Positions 30,137 through 42,685 of a DNA stretch of 64,000 nucleotides are shown here, piece after piece. The position numbers and the translations under genes are program-made. Under the pieces are notes generated by a model. It was given only the letters and a program-made list of their open reading frames with translations, was not told the DNA's origin and did no database searches. Numbering within the stretch: the stretch's first letter is position 1; each line of letters opens with the position of its first letter. Source of the stretch: Diplonema japonicum (Eukaryota; Protista; Euglenozoa: Diplonemea); NCBI GenBank assembly GCA_964019335.1, contig OZ025651.1, positions 62,001 to 126,000 on the forward strand. Direction: 5' to 3'.

Positions 30137-33100
30137 TCAGTAGTTCCACAGTAGATCATCTATATCGATCCCGTCCTCCCATTGGGGGTTGAGTGCCAGG
30201 CTGCCAGGCCTGGCGTGGTCCAGAGACGGGACGATGCCATCATCGTCGTCGTCGTCATCGTCTTCGTAATACCCGTTGGAAGGCGCCAGGCTGAGGGAGA
30301 ACTCAGACCTAGCGAAGAATGGAGAGTTGTCCCCCTTGATGATGGGAAGAAGGTGCAGCACAGAAGAAGACGCTGAAACACGCTTGGAAATAGCATTTAG
30401 TTTTCTTGTGAGGTTCTTCCTCGCATGCTGCAGAGACTTCGGAGAAGGCTTCGTGCTGGCAGACGTCCCATTAGACATAATGACTCGCTTGCCTTGGTAG
30501 CACATCCTACAGTTCTCTAAGTCGGACACAGAAGACCCCATGCATGTGGTGTGAAACTGGTGTCCGCATTTAAATGCAACAGTCATTTGAGAGGACTCCA
30601 AAGTGGACTTACATAATGAACAGAGGAGCAAGCCTTGGATGGCGCTGATGGTGTCTGCCCAAGACTTCTGCAGCACACTGTGCATGTCTCTTTCGATGCA
30701 GTTTCTTATTGAGTCGTACAGCTGCCGTTCCCTTTGTACACCAGCTAGCATCCCACACAGGACGTCTCTGAACTCTCCAACAGACCCGCCGCCATATTCC
30801 TTCACTACCATTTCCAGGATTCCTGTTTCTATTCTTGCTGTCTTCCTGTTCAGTTCCTCCCTCGCCTGGCGGTACAGCCTGTGGTACTCCGAGCTCCTCC
30901 CAGAGCCGATCGTTTGCAGCCTGCGGCGTTCCACTTGTTTCCGCATTTCCTGCACCTTGTCCTCTTCATCAGCGCTTCGTCTCTGCGGGGTTTTCATTTC
31001 ATTTCTGAAAAATTTCATATCACCCAACACACCTCGGACTTGCCGTGCAGTGCCATCATGCTTGTGATCATGCTTGTGATGAACTGAGAGTAAAGCTGTT
31101 TTTTTTTTTTAAAACCTTTCTTTTTATTCTGATGTGTCAAACCTCTTGCATCACCCTGTTCACACCGAGTGCCTTTGTCGACAAGGGTTCCGTTAGAATG
31201 GTCGGCGGCTCCCCGTCTGCACGTCTCTGTGTGATTTATTTTGCTTTGTTTTTTGTGGCTTGATTTGCATTCCACACCTCTACCTCGAGAATTTCATCAA
31301 TGACACTGTCTACACCTTCGGAGTACTTGTCCTCAAGCCTCAGTCGCTTGGAAGACAGCTCATACTCTTTGAGCACACTTTTCGGTTTCAAGAAGTGCTC
31401 AAGGAGGCTGAACCACATCGAGATATCGGCAGTGGCTCTACATATGTCCATGGCAAGTTCTATAAGACCTGTAAGGCCCTCTTCGCCACCAGGTTCCTCT
31501 TTGTCTTGAGACTCGCAAAGGTAGCGGACGTCCGACATTCGTTCCTGAAGCTGAGTGGCCCAGAGGGCGACGGCAGTTTTTATCTTGTCGGTTTTTGTAA
31601 AAAGGTAGATCAAGGCAGGGGAACTGTCTTCTGGTGTTTCGTTGAGGAGGTCGATGACATCATTGAGATTGAGCGTGACCTCAAAGCGCTTCACGAAGCC
31701 TAAGGTTACTTGAGGAGTGTACTCGGCAGCAAGCTTCAAGAAGACCATGCAGACCTCGTTGTCGAAGAGGACCATTGGCGCGTCGCTGACGTGTTGGAAG
31801 GCTTCCAAGAACTCGAAGATGATCTCGTCCTCATCTGTGCGCATCACGATGTCTTTCACACTGTCCGCGCGGTGCATGAAGTTCGAGTTCACGAACTCTG
31901 CACACATCGTTGGGTCCAAACCGGCGATTCTCTCGAAGTTCTCCAAAAACAACGGTTCTGCCACCTCCTGCCTGTCGCACATCATGGCCGTCAAGAACGA
32001 AAACGTCTCCTTCTTGTACGCGTCATTCCTTGCACCTTCCTCAACGTAAAGCATCAACGCCTCCGCGTACTTCTTCTCACTCATGTACAGGTAGACCAGT
32101 ACAGACACGAACCCCGCTGTTAGAATCTGCCTGTTGAGGATGTACCGTTCGCTTGATGTGATCTTGACCCCTCTTCGCGACCAGCATCCGTTCTCCCCCG
32201 AGAATGCGTTTCTCAGAAGAATCTCCACCGACTTCTCGTACTTTTTATCCGCGGGGAGCTTAGTTAGAACTCTAACCAGCTCCTTGGTCCTCCCAGGGTC
32301 CGACACAGCTGGCGGATGCTGTGCCAGCATGTTGTAGTACGCGGTGCGGGGATCTTCGGGGACATCCTCTGAGTCGAGTACTTTGAACAAAAGGTCAACG
32401 AGCTTTTGCTTGTTGCACTGCGGCCACCGGAGGATCACTTCCGTAGCTTGTAAGAATCTCATGGGATCGGACAGCAGCAGCTCTGACAGGATATACGGGT
32501 CGTCCTTGTCGACTAGGGTTAGGAACTCAAAGGCCTGCGTCTTGGTCTCCTTCACATACTGCGCCGGAATGGTATCGTAGAACGTATTCCCCTCGAACAC
32601 CTTTTTAATGTACTCCACCAACACGCACCGTATCTCGTTGTTTGGGGGGGAACGGGTCGTCAGAAGCACTTCAGACGAACGGAGGGTTTCCTCCTCGCGT
32701 GCGTTGTCCCATGCCACGACTACTGTGAATCCCTCCTTACTAAGCACGGTTCCATCGGGGCCATCTGGTTTGTCTTTCCGCCGTACCACGGACCCCTCCA
32801 GCACGGTGCTCTGCATGGAGTATAGCTGTGCGATCGGTGCGGAGAACCCATCCGACGAAGCGCGGTTCCAGTACGTCACCATGGTTTTGTATAAATGATG
32901 CTTTTCGGCCAGCCACAGGACCGTGCCGAAATGCCCGCCCGCCTTGGCAGTCTCCTCAGGGGTCATCGCAGACAAAACCTTCTCGAAATCTTTCTTCTGG
33001 TCTTCCGACGGGTTCACGGCATCAGGTGTGTTCCCTTCCATCTGCGTGGCGTACATGTATATATCCTTAATGGAACCCTTGAAGCACCTCTTCGCAGTGA

Positions 33101-36065
33101 GGATACCCGACCCCGTCGCCGTCTCTGCCAGGTAGCTGCCCAGCCTAAGGGGGTACTTTGGGTTCGGTTGGAAGCTGTGCTCAAAGGTTTTCTCATCTGC
33201 TAAAACAGTGTTGACGAAGAACCTCGCTGTAGTCCCGTTGGCGATGCAGCCGGTTAAGCGTGTCCACCCCGATGTGGCGCCAATGGATCTGCTCGTCAGG
33301 ACGGCCCAGTCTTGGTTTTTGCCCAGCCCGAAGTGGAACTCCCACGTGTTCGTTTGCGGGTTCAACATGAATAACCACCCCGACCGATCGGTGTCCCCCA
33401 CCGAGCAGATCGGGACCATCGCCTCCCCTGTCACTCTGTCGATGCTGACACTGACCTCGACCACGAAGTCGTTCGTCGGGTTGATGGCAGCGTCGTACCC
33501 TAGATCCAGCTGCTTCCGAACACCTTCGAAGCTTTCAGTGGCATCACGGAGAAAGATGAGCGTCCCGTTGTGCAGAGTCCAGTGGGAGAGCTGGATTAAG
33601 TGGAAGTCAGGCAACCCGGTGATGAGGTTATTCTTTACGTGCATTGAGAGCGTGTCCAGCCATATCGGGATCTGGCTCTTCCCGGCAAAGATCGGGTATA
33701 GCACAGTGAACACAAGCGACACCAACCCAGCCGTGCACACGTACGTGATTAGGTACTCCGCAAAGGAAACCCACCACTCCTTGTCACGAGGGAGCAGAGT
33801 CCTGTCTGATGCGTATTCCAACAGGAGCTTCTCCACAGCGCTGTCGATGGCGATCTCTTTGTTTTGCACAGGAAGCCCGTATACTGCCAACGCCGTGCCG
33901 TTCTTCATGTCTTGGGCCAGTTGAAGACCTTCTATCTTGGGCGACATCTCCCTCAAGCGTTGTAGCCATCCCAGCACCTTCACCCCGAAAATCTTCACTG
34001 GTGCCCGGCCTAAGACTAGCATGTCAAACTGGTCATTAGAGTCCATCACCATGGCTACTGATTGGCCCGTTGCTGTTTTTACATTCTCACGGAGGTTCAG
34101 AGTGTCGGCCAATGATCGTGTTTCGTCCACCATAGGGTCCACCACGAGGGGCACCCCACTAGTGGACATAAAGAAGCAAACGTTTCTGTCCAACAACATG
34201 GATGCCACGACAGCGTGCCGGTGCAGCAAAACGCAGTTCGTCACCTTCACCTGTTTCGAAACGGTGAAGACGCAGAAGAAGCATCCCCACGTGACTAGTA
34301 TTAGATTCTTCAAGGAGGTGATGGTTGGGGGACAGGTCGCCGCCTTCTTGGCAGGGTCGTAGTGCGGGTTTTCAAACTGGTACACGATCTCCGGCACGAT
34401 GGACCCCGTGGTGAATCTCACCTTGTAGAACTGGCAACAGGCCTGACCTGCTGTGACCAGTAGCGTCTTCGAATCCTCGTCGGCGCTGCCCTTCTCGTGC
34501 ACCACAGAGCATGAACGCAGCTGCTCTATCTTCTGCCCGAAGCAGTTGATGTCTTGCGTACTTGTGAGGTAGGCTCCCAACCCAGGTACTTTTTTAAGCG
34601 ACACTGCCTTCAGGCACCCATTCCGCCACAGTGCCACCATCTTCGACGTGTCCCCGAACCACGTGAGGCTTGACACAGGTGTGCTGTGGACTTCTTTGAG
34701 GGTTTTCAAGGCCAGTTCCGACCCGTAGTCAAACAACGTGATGTCCCCTGATATGTACCCAGCTAACAAGCACTCCGTCGAGCGGTCATGGAAGGCTAAA
34801 ACCGTCGTTGCTGAAGGTTGAGACCCTTCGGCAACGGGCAGGCTGCAGACGGGTCTGCTGCTTCTTGCATCAAATACTAAGATGGTGCCCTCAGTGGTCC
34901 CGACAGCGATGATCTGGCTCAGCGAGATAGAATCAGGCTGTGTTGAGGAAGCGATGCAAGTGGGGCTGCCGACCTCCTGCTTCGCAACGCAGACTCTCCG
35001 TGTCAGCTCAGTGAAGTCCCCATCGCAGGACTTCATCAACGCGGATGTCTGTTGTTTCTGCTGCTGACCTTCAAAGGCAACAGCATCAACCACCTTAGGT
35101 TTTTTCGTTTTCCCAATATTCGCTATCAGCCTGTCGACCACCTCGTCATCGTCCACGTCGGAGCCGTCTAGTATCAGGTCGTCTAAGCCCAGTGCGCTTG
35201 TTGCCACCGTCTGCCCTTCAGAGACAGACACCTCGTCGAGAACGCCCAGAAGCAGGTCCATGTCCCCGCTTGACAGGTCCGACCCGTCGCTGAACTCCAA
35301 CTTCGTTTTACTCTGGTTTGCTTTCTTTTCGGGTACCAACTCGTGCAAGGGTAAGGAGTATGCTTGTGGTGCTTGTACGACGCCCGGGCTCCTCCTTTCC
35401 GTCGGGTGGTATGTCTCTACTACGCATGGCTGCTGCTGCCGTGTAGTCGTGATGCTCTCCTTCACCATACTCCCGAGGGCCCCCGTCTGCTCTTTCACCC
35501 CGCCCATAACCTTCCCAGGGATAGCCATCGCTGCCCCGATCTGTTTCTGCCCTTCGACGAACCCGCCCTTCACCTTTGACTGGATGGACATGGCAGCTGA
35601 GAACACACCCTGCCCTGAGGGGACTGAGGGCGTGGCCTTCTTCAGCATGGAGAACATCCCAGAAGGAGCACCACGTGTGGGCTGCGGCCCTGGGGGTGGG
35701 GGTGTCTTGACCATCCGAGACCGAGTAGGCGGTGACCGAGGAGGCGTGGCTGGTGGAGAGCGTGATGGGGCATGAGAAGGTGAAACAGTGGGAGACCGGA
35801 AAGGCACCGGAGAAGGAGAGGGGGAGGGGGAGGGAGGAGAAGGAGAAGGAGAGGGGGAAGGAGAAGGAGAAGGGGAAGGAGAAGGAGTAGCGACATTTCT
35901 CTCCATAACCTTCTTTTTATCCTTTTCTTCCCCAAGAATCCCTGCTAGCAGCTCGTCGGTCGCCTCCGACTCTTCGGACGTGTCCGGCACCCCCTCGCTG
36001 CTTGCTTCACTGCTCACATCCGACTCGTCTAGAATCGCAGCCAGCAGCGCATCTTCGTCACTCAT
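30137..36065 (-). CDS. VPS8: VPS8-like CORVET subunit (WD40, solenoid/CHCR, C-terminal RING). Exons 31278-36065, 31143-31226, 31033-31095, 30137-30982
   Basis: GSPTCIA...IAVGTTEGTILVFD, LLAGYISGDITLFD, ILVTWG, WFSLLE, GGGSVGEFRDVLCGML and RING CSLC...FKCGHQFHTTC...CRMC. Three phase-0 GT-AG introns (31227-31277, 31096-31142, 30983-31032) join the ORFs in frame. Confidence 0.85.
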
Positions 36066-36255
36066 TTTCTCTTTCTTTTAGTCTTTTCGTTTTCCTTCCG
36101 AGGGGAAAACCCCTCTACCCCGCCTCACCTTTTTGATTGTAATTGGCAGGCAGATGAAGAAAAGCATTCTTTTTTTCTCTTTTTAAAATATCGTCTCAAA
36201 AAGCTCATGCCAAAAAAAAGAACCCCTCCCCCCCACTCTCTTTATTTTCTTTTTT

Positions 36256-37110
36256 TCAGTTCACAACAAGAAGGCCGAAGACCAGTACGAACACGAAGAG
36301 GATGCCGAAGATTTTGAAAATCAGGTTTCTGTTGGAGGAGATGTCCGACAAGTACTTCACAAGGTAGTTCTGTCCCTCGACGACGAGATCGAGGGCCTCC
36401 TCGGTGTTGCTGTCAATTCGCTCGAGCTGCTCTTGCTGCTCTTGCACGATGCGGGTGAAGTCCTGGAACAGCTCGCCAAGCTCCGCTACTGTTTTCTCTA
36501 TCATTTTAACACCCTCTTTGCGGGATTTCAAATAATCAACATTGCGGTTTTCGCCCTGCTGCATCATCAGCTCTTGTTCCTCGTCTTCCTCTGCGTTACG
36601 GAAAAGCGAGGACCCGAATGCGGCGGACGAGTCGTGTACGAAGTTTGACCGTCTGTCTGAAACAGCTTTGATCTTTTTAGTCCGGCTTGTTAGAACTTCT
36701 TTGAACGCCTTTTGCGTGTTCCAAAGTTTGTGTTTTAAGGTGTTTACAACAGTGTCAGTGTGCGATGCAGCCTGGGCGGTGGTGCCCCAGTTCCTTCCCT
36801 CCTCCTTGAGGCTTCCTAGTTCGTTGAGTTGTTCGTGTAGGTTTGCGATCCTGTCCTTCGTCATCATTGTGACGCTGTTGACCTCCGGAGAGTGGTCATT
36901 GAAAACAGAGCGCTGTTGGGTCAGCTTGCTGAGGTTCTCTAGCATCTCGGCGGTGCTCGTTAGCTCTGCTGAGATAAGCTGCGCTTTCTTGTTGAAGTTC
37001 GTCAGCTGTTTCGGAGGGACCACCGCCAGTGATGCGCCCCCCCCTTGCCTCCCTTTCACTTCTTCGAAGATTTGATTCAACTCATTCGTCCTATCCTTTG
37101 ACGCCACCAT
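36256..37110 (-). CDS. STX5: Syntaxin-5/Sed5 Qa-SNARE
   Basis: N-terminal KDRTNEL (RDRTxEF Sly1-binding type), IEKTVAELGELFQ...QQEQLERID, ISSNRNL and a C-terminal TM helix. Confidence 0.93.
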   Translation of the reverse strand: MVASKDRTNELNQIFEEVKGRQGGGASLAVVPPKQLTNFNKKAQLISAELTSTAEMLENLSKLTQQRSVFNDHSPEVNSVTMMTKDRIANLHEQLNELGSLKEEGRNWGTTAQAASHTDTVVNTLKHKLWNTQKAFKEVLTSRTKKIKAVSDRRSNFVHDSSAAFGSSLFRNAEEDEEQELMMQQGENRNVDYLKSRKEGVKMIEKTVAELGELFQDFTRIVQEQQEQLERIDSNTEEALDLVVEGQNYLVKYLSDISSNRNLIFKIFGILFVFVLVFGLLVVN

Positions 37111-39294
37111 CCCTCCACCAGGTTGGATAAACGCTGGGATTTTGAAAAGAACAAAAATCCTGTGTGTGGTTTTTTTTTTTTCCCTCCCCTCCCGGCAGTA
37201 AAAAAAAAATAACATGACATAATAGGAAAAAAAAAAAAAAAAAAAAGAGAAAACAAAAAAACCCTTGAAGACTTGTTGAGGTCACCAACATCGATGTTCT
37301 ATGTGGGGTACGCATGTTCAGCTCTCCGGCCACGTCTGCGGTATTCGTCTTAAAGTGAAAGAAGAATTCTTGGCCCTGCTAAGCAGTAGTTTCGCGCTCC
37401 TTTTCTTTTTTTTCGTTGTTGGTTATTGATGTCCGGCAGTGTGCGGCTGTCCTCTTGCCCGAGAAAAAGAAAGAATAAAAGAAATAAAAAAAAGTAAATA
37501 AAAACATACAAGCATAAGAAACTAAACCCGGAATAATAATAATAATAAAAAAAAAAACCTCCCCTCCCCAAAGTACCTTTAAAAAAAAAAAAAGAGTCAG
37601 CGGTTGAAGTTGTTGTTTGTGCACAGCAGGAATAACCTATACAAAGATAGGCCCAACAATGCTGCCACTACTCTTTTTATCAATAACAATCCATCAAATA
37701 ATATTGTATTTCTTGTTCAAGCAAAAACACAATGTGACACAGCATAAGACCTCCTTTTTTTCTCTTTTTTTAAATAGTTCCAAGGGGAACCTGTAGCAAG
37801 GCTGAGAGAGAAAAAGAAAAAGTTTTCTTTTCAAAATCAGTCTGCAGGGGCCACCACCAAGGACCTTTGCTTGAATCGGCTTTTAGAGGTATGAGGTGGT
37901 TAAAACGAGAAGAAAAAAAAAAATTCTGCTTAGTTTCTTTTTGTTTTAGTCAGCAAAAAGAAAAATCTTCGTTCACGCATGCAAATGAAAAAAAAAAAAT
38001 ATAAATGAGTTGAAGGAAGTCTTTGTGAGACGCCCCCTTGTTCTCATCTTCTACCTGCACCTATCCCCTTTGCAGCGGTTAAAAAAAAATTCCTCCTCCC
38101 CTTCAGAAGGGTTTCACAAGCCATACATGAAATAGTACGGCCTTTTTTTTTCCCCTCTTCATTTTCTTTAAATTACTCAAAAGAACCAAAAAGACGAAGG
38201 ACAGAGACGAAAAAAAAGGGGGGGGTGCAGAATTAGTTCTGATTTACTCAGGCTTCTCAAAAAAAAAAAGTTAGAAAAAATTGGAAAAATTATTGTCAAA
38301 GTAAAAAAAAAAAAAAAAAACACACTTTCTCCCGGGATTTGAACCCACCTCCGGGCGGGGTCAAACCCAACGCGGCGTGCTTTTTTATTTTCTCTTTTTT
38401 TTTTTTTTTTTTTTTTTCCTTTCTTTTTTTCCCCCCCAATTCTGTGGAAATGGTGTCATGGTGGCTGCAGCCGGAACTGAATGAAGGTTATCCCTTTATT
38501 ACATGTTTGGAAGAAGAAAAACAACCAAAATACCTTATTGTATCTTTGGTAATAAAACCAAAAATACATTTTGTATCTATGGTTTTCATTCTTTCATTTT
38601 TCGTTCCTTTTTCATAACCACCATGTACTCCCCCCCCCCCCCCCCCCCTCCCAGGATGCTATAATAAACTATTGTTGCTTTCCATTAAAAATAACCCCCT
38701 TTTACTTCATTCTGAAGGAAACTTTAAAAGCTGTATTTTTTTTACTACAGATGGCAAATCCCACTTACTTGAAATTTGAAAGTAAAAAAAGAAAAAAAGA
38801 GAAAAAAAAATACAAGGCCACATGAGGACGGCTTGTTTGGTGTGGCGCAAGCTTCTATCTGTTTGTGTAATATCAGGAATCCACAAAACCTTTTTTTTTT
38901 TCTTTTTTTCTTTTGGTAAATTCTTTTTTGGTTCTTTTATGACTCTCAAAACGCCCAATCCTCTAAAACGGCTAAAATAAAATAAAAAGAAGCACCGAGG
39001 CCAAAAGTGGTATAAGGGCAAAATAATTCACTATGACAGACCGAAGTGGATAGCAACGGCCCACCAAAGAAAAAGAGAGAAGGAAACAAAAAGAAATATA
39101 AGTGATGAAGGAGGCAGCTGGGACGCCAGACCTGGTAAACCAAAATTCTGAGCTCGTGTACAGCTCAAGAACGAGAGCTTCCCTGTCGCCTGCACTTCCC
39201 TCCCAACCACAATTACCAGGAATCACCACACCCAAGAAAGAAAGAAAGAAACATATATGAGTTAAAGGAGGCCGGTGTTGGCGGCGCCCTGCAC

Positions 39295-39590
39295 AAGAAC
39301 TGTCTACTGATTACAGGGGGCGCACCGCGGCCGAGTTGTAGCTTCTTCCGCGTTCCGCGTCGTGTCCTTAATGCGTGCGGTGTGCAGCTCAACCCCAGCC
39401 GGGGCGTCCCGGATAACCAAGATTCAGCGCTCATGCAGTTTGCTGCCTGTTCATCACCGACGTTCTTCCACTCGGGCGCTACCGGTGATGACCGACGAGG
39501 TCAACAGCGAACAACACATCTGATGTACTTCATTTTATTTTCATGTCATCCCCACCACCTGAAAAAAAGAAAAAAAGAAAAGAAAACCAA
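39295..39590 (+). repeat. SINE-like dispersed repeat, copy A
   Basis: High similarity to 48215-48522 (e.g. CGTGTCCTTAATGCGTGCGGTGTGC, CACTCGGGCGCTACCGGTGATGACCGACG). Ends CCCCACCACCT plus an A-rich tail. Confidence 0.85.
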
Positions 39591-39699
39591 CATGACGGGA
39601 AGAATGTGTTAACGAACACCCACAGCAGTGGCAAAACAAAAAGGGGAAAAAAAAGGCCACTTTATCACTACAGATGCGGGGGGCGCTCTGCCAAGTCAA

Positions 39700-39890
39700 C
39701 AGGCTTGAATACAGGGGTTGGGCCTTCCACGACCTGTGGTGGAGCGCCCCGGGTAACCAAGACTCCGTTATTCAGGGCAGTTTGCTGCCTGTTCGTCACC
39801 CCAAGCGGAGGTCAGCAGCGTGAAAGCTCTGATGTACTTCTTAAATATCAATGCTACACTATCACCACCTTGAAAAAAAAAAAAAAAGAG
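39700..39890 (+). repeat. SINE-like dispersed repeat, copy B (shorter, diverged)
   Basis: Shares CCCGGGTAACCAAGA, GCAGTTTGCTGCCTGTTCGTCACCC, TCTGATGTACTTCTTA and CACCACCTT plus poly(A). Confidence 0.78.
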
Positions 39891-40029
39891 ACATTTAAGG
39901 GTACCTGCGGTATGTGACAGGACGCCTGACAAAAAAAAACAACAAAAAACAAAGAAAACTATGGCACAGAGTACAAAGCAGTGCAATGCCCCCCCTTTGA
40001 AGTCCCCCCCCCCCCCCCCCCCCCCCCTA

Positions 40030-40798
40030 GGGCTATGCTGGCAGGAAACGTGGAAACGTTTCCGTTTCCATGTTTTTAAAATTCTCATGGAAACGCGTTT
40101 CCATGGTTATGGAAACGGCTATGTATATTTCGGTAAACACTGTTTAGAAGGTCCTTATTTATTTGGGGTTTTTGAAGATACTTACTTTTGGGGTTTTACA
40201 AGGAAAGCGCACGTCGGTCTCTACAAAAACGAAAGTAAACATGGTCCAGAGAAAGCACCCCCTGGAGGCGCTTTGTGGGATGGGGTGGAGGTTCAGGCGG
40301 AGGATGGGAAGAAGAAGACAGTAAACTTCCAAACAAAAGGCCAAGGAGTAGCGACGTGTGTCCCCAAAGGGGATAGTGTGGAGCCCCACAAGAAGCTGTT
40401 GGAGAAAGCGACAGCGGAGGCGAAGGCTGAGGCAGAGGGAACGAAGAAGCGTAAAGTGGAGAACAGGCCAATGACGCCATTTTCAAGGCACTGTTTGAGA
40501 AGGTGAAGCGCCTTCCGCTGACAGGAAAGCTCTGAGCGGAAGGCTGGTTGACGACTGTTCAAAAAATGGATGCCACAATCGCATCCTTCATCGAAACCCA
40601 GAAGATTTCCCCAGGGCGCCACCAACACTGGCCCCCTTTGTCTCGTATATTTCTTCCGAGTGATTTGCCCTCAAAAAAATAAGTCTCTAAAACCCCCAAA
40701 ATAAGGAAACGTTTCCGCCCCAAGGAAACGGCCCCAAAATGGGGAAACGTTTCCGTTTCCCTTTTTTCAAAAAACGCGTTTCCATGCCAGCATAGCCC
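40030..40798. mobile_element. 769-bp TIR element (MITE-like) with TA target duplication and GGAAACG subterminal repeats
   Basis: ta|GGGCTATGCTGGCA ... TGCCAGCATAGCCC|ta. The TIR is 14 bp perfect and about 21 bp with one indel. Many GGAAACG/CGTTTCC copies at both ends. Confidence 0.85.
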
Positions 40799-40980
40799 TA
40801 GGGGGGGTCACATGGTCCTAAAAACGTGGTTAAACGTGAAAAAAAAAAGTTTTTTAAATTTTTTCCCCTAAGGTAAAAAAAACCGCCCAATACCCTCCAA
40901 ATTAACCAAAAAATCAAAATCCGCCGGATTAGAGCATTTCTGGGCACTTGTTAATGCTTTATCTGTATTTTTGAAAAACA

Positions 40981-41205
40981 GTGACCACGGTTTGGTACCT
41001 GAATATTTGCAAAAACAAACTTACCATCCTAACCTCGGGAAAATGATAGATATTCATCAGAAATGCCGCGCAAAACACAGAAAAGTTCACAATCGGACAA
41101 CGTAAGACAGTACTCTGCCGTTCAAACGGTAGCGGCGTCCTAAAGAGCAGAGAAAATTCAGAAACTACAGGGGAGACAACAGGCCAGGTACCAAACCGTG
41201 GTCAC
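40981..41205. mobile_element. Small inverted-repeat element (MITE-like)
   Basis: Perfect 21-bp IR GTGACCACGGTTTGGTACCTG (40981-41001 / 41185-41205), extending imperfectly ~25 bp outward. Confidence 0.7.
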
Positions 41206-41290
41206 CAGTTTTAAAAATGCAAAATAATGCCTTGTAACCCCCCCCTACCCCCCCTCCCCACACCCACCTCACCCTATTCTTTTATTTCTT

Positions 41291-42685
41291 TCAGCAAACT
41301 TCGCAAATACTATTTCTAATCTGGTCCCAGTCGTCCCGTACCACAGCATCCGGAAAAGGTGTGATGACGTCTATGAGAACCATGGACTCGGGCGGAGCAA
41401 GTGCTAGTTTAGTCCATCCTTGGCAGGGTGGAGCAGTAAGAGGAGTGTTGCTTACCACAGTGTAAGACGGATCGACAAAGAAAGAAGGTATCTGCGGCAA
41501 CGACGGGGTGAACCTCGCCGTCCGCACCAAAGTGCTGAGACACCGCGAAGCAAAGCTCAGCTGCAACGTTATCTCTAACCGTTTCAAAGAAGGCGGCAGG
41601 TCCCTGCACCAGTCGGGCGTCGTCGTCACCACACCAGACAACTGCACCTTAACACACGTCAACAAAGGACAATACTGCCCAGCAAAGTACCACAACTGGC
41701 ACCACTTCTGATAGCTCGGAAGCCCTTTAACGGCAAGCCGCCTTATCCGATTCATAGAAGTCCCCCAAGCAGTGTTGCTGCTCACCTCGATATCTTGTAG
41801 CTTTTGAACAGACCACCACCAAGGAGTGGTTCCTTTAGGGAAGGACACGGACAGCTTCCGCAATTTTGGAAAGCAAAGTTCATCCGGTGCAGCCCATACA
41901 CCACCGCAAGGACCGGGTCCTGGGAAATGAAACACCGCAGAATGGAGTTCGGGAGAAGCTCGAAGCGTGGACAGGATAGATGACGTCGATGGTGAGATGG
42001 CACATGCGATTTTCAGCGTTTGCAGTTTCAACGTTTCGCCTGATAATATAGAGAGGTCGGGGTCAGGGGAGCTTGGGAAATCCAGCGACAGGTGGAGCAA
42101 TGTATCACGTAAACGCACAACGGCCTGTAGTACCGATGGACATAACGTCCCGCACTGCGATGACAACGAGAGAACCGTGAGCTTGTCAAGGTTTGTTGTG
42201 GCTCTGTACAACCATTGGTGGCACGTTATCTCCTTGTCGGAGTGCGTGTGTGGGGGGAGCTCCATGTCTAATTTTACAAGACACGCAGGGAAGCAGTACC
42301 TCAAGCAAGGGTCCAGTTCGAACCGGGACACCCTTAGTTCTTTTATGTCGCCGTCTTCCGGTAGCTTTTCCCTGTCACCCCTGCAGCACTCTGTTCCTTG
42401 TTCCCTTCCTCGTGTTCCGTGTGCAGCGGACATTAATCTTCTGGACACTCGTTTCAACCGGCATACGTCCGAAGGCTGTGCGTACGGTATGACATGCTCC
42501 CTTAGAACCTCTTCCGTGACTCTATTGAAGGGTCGGCATGGCGGCTGCTCCTTGCGGGGGGACCGGGCTGCCTTTGCCTTTGCACCGTTGGTGTTCAGGC
42601 TGTCACGTTTCCTCTTGCACCGCAGACTCCATAGACACCTGCTGCCATGTAGGGATCGATTAGATATATCCTTTCCCCCTTGCAT
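41291..42685 (-). CDS. F-box protein with LRR-like C-terminal region
   Basis: VTEEVLREHVIPYAQPSDVCRLKRVSRRLM F-box pattern, followed by repeated LxxLxL motifs. Confidence 0.7.
   Translation of the reverse strand: MQGGKDISNRSLHGSRCLWSLRCKRKRDSLNTNGAKAKAARSPRKEQPPCRPFNRVTEEVLREHVIPYAQPSDVCRLKRVSRRLMSAAHGTRGREQGTECCRGDREKLPEDGDIKELRVSRFELDPCLRYCFPACLVKLDMELPPHTHSDKEITCHQWLYRATTNLDKLTVLSLSSQCGTLCPSVLQAVVRLRDTLLHLSLDFPSSPDPDLSILSGETLKLQTLKIACAISPSTSSILSTLRASPELHSAVFHFPGPGPCGGVWAAPDELCFPKLRKLSVSFPKGTTPWWWSVQKLQDIEVSSNTAWGTSMNRIRRLAVKGLPSYQKWCQLWYFAGQYCPLLTCVKVQLSGVVTTTPDWCRDLPPSLKRLEITLQLSFASRCLSTLVRTARFTPSLPQIPSFFVDPSYTVVSNTPLTAPPCQGWTKLALAPPESMVLIDVITPFPDAVVRDDWDQIRNSICEVC

Noticed and set aside
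37262-37352. 5S rRNA or another structured RNA upstream of syntaxin-5
   Set aside because: No convincing match to 5S, SL or snRNA consensus by eye; it may be UTR.
38330-38375. tRNA gene at an isolated B-box-like motif (GGTTCAAATCC on the minus strand)
   Set aside because: No A-box or cloverleaf; at most a SINE remnant.
39484-39524. C/D box snoRNA (GTGATGA...CTGA) within the SINE-like repeat
   Set aside because: The boxes are only ~30 nt apart, there is no terminal stem, and box C is missing in copy B.
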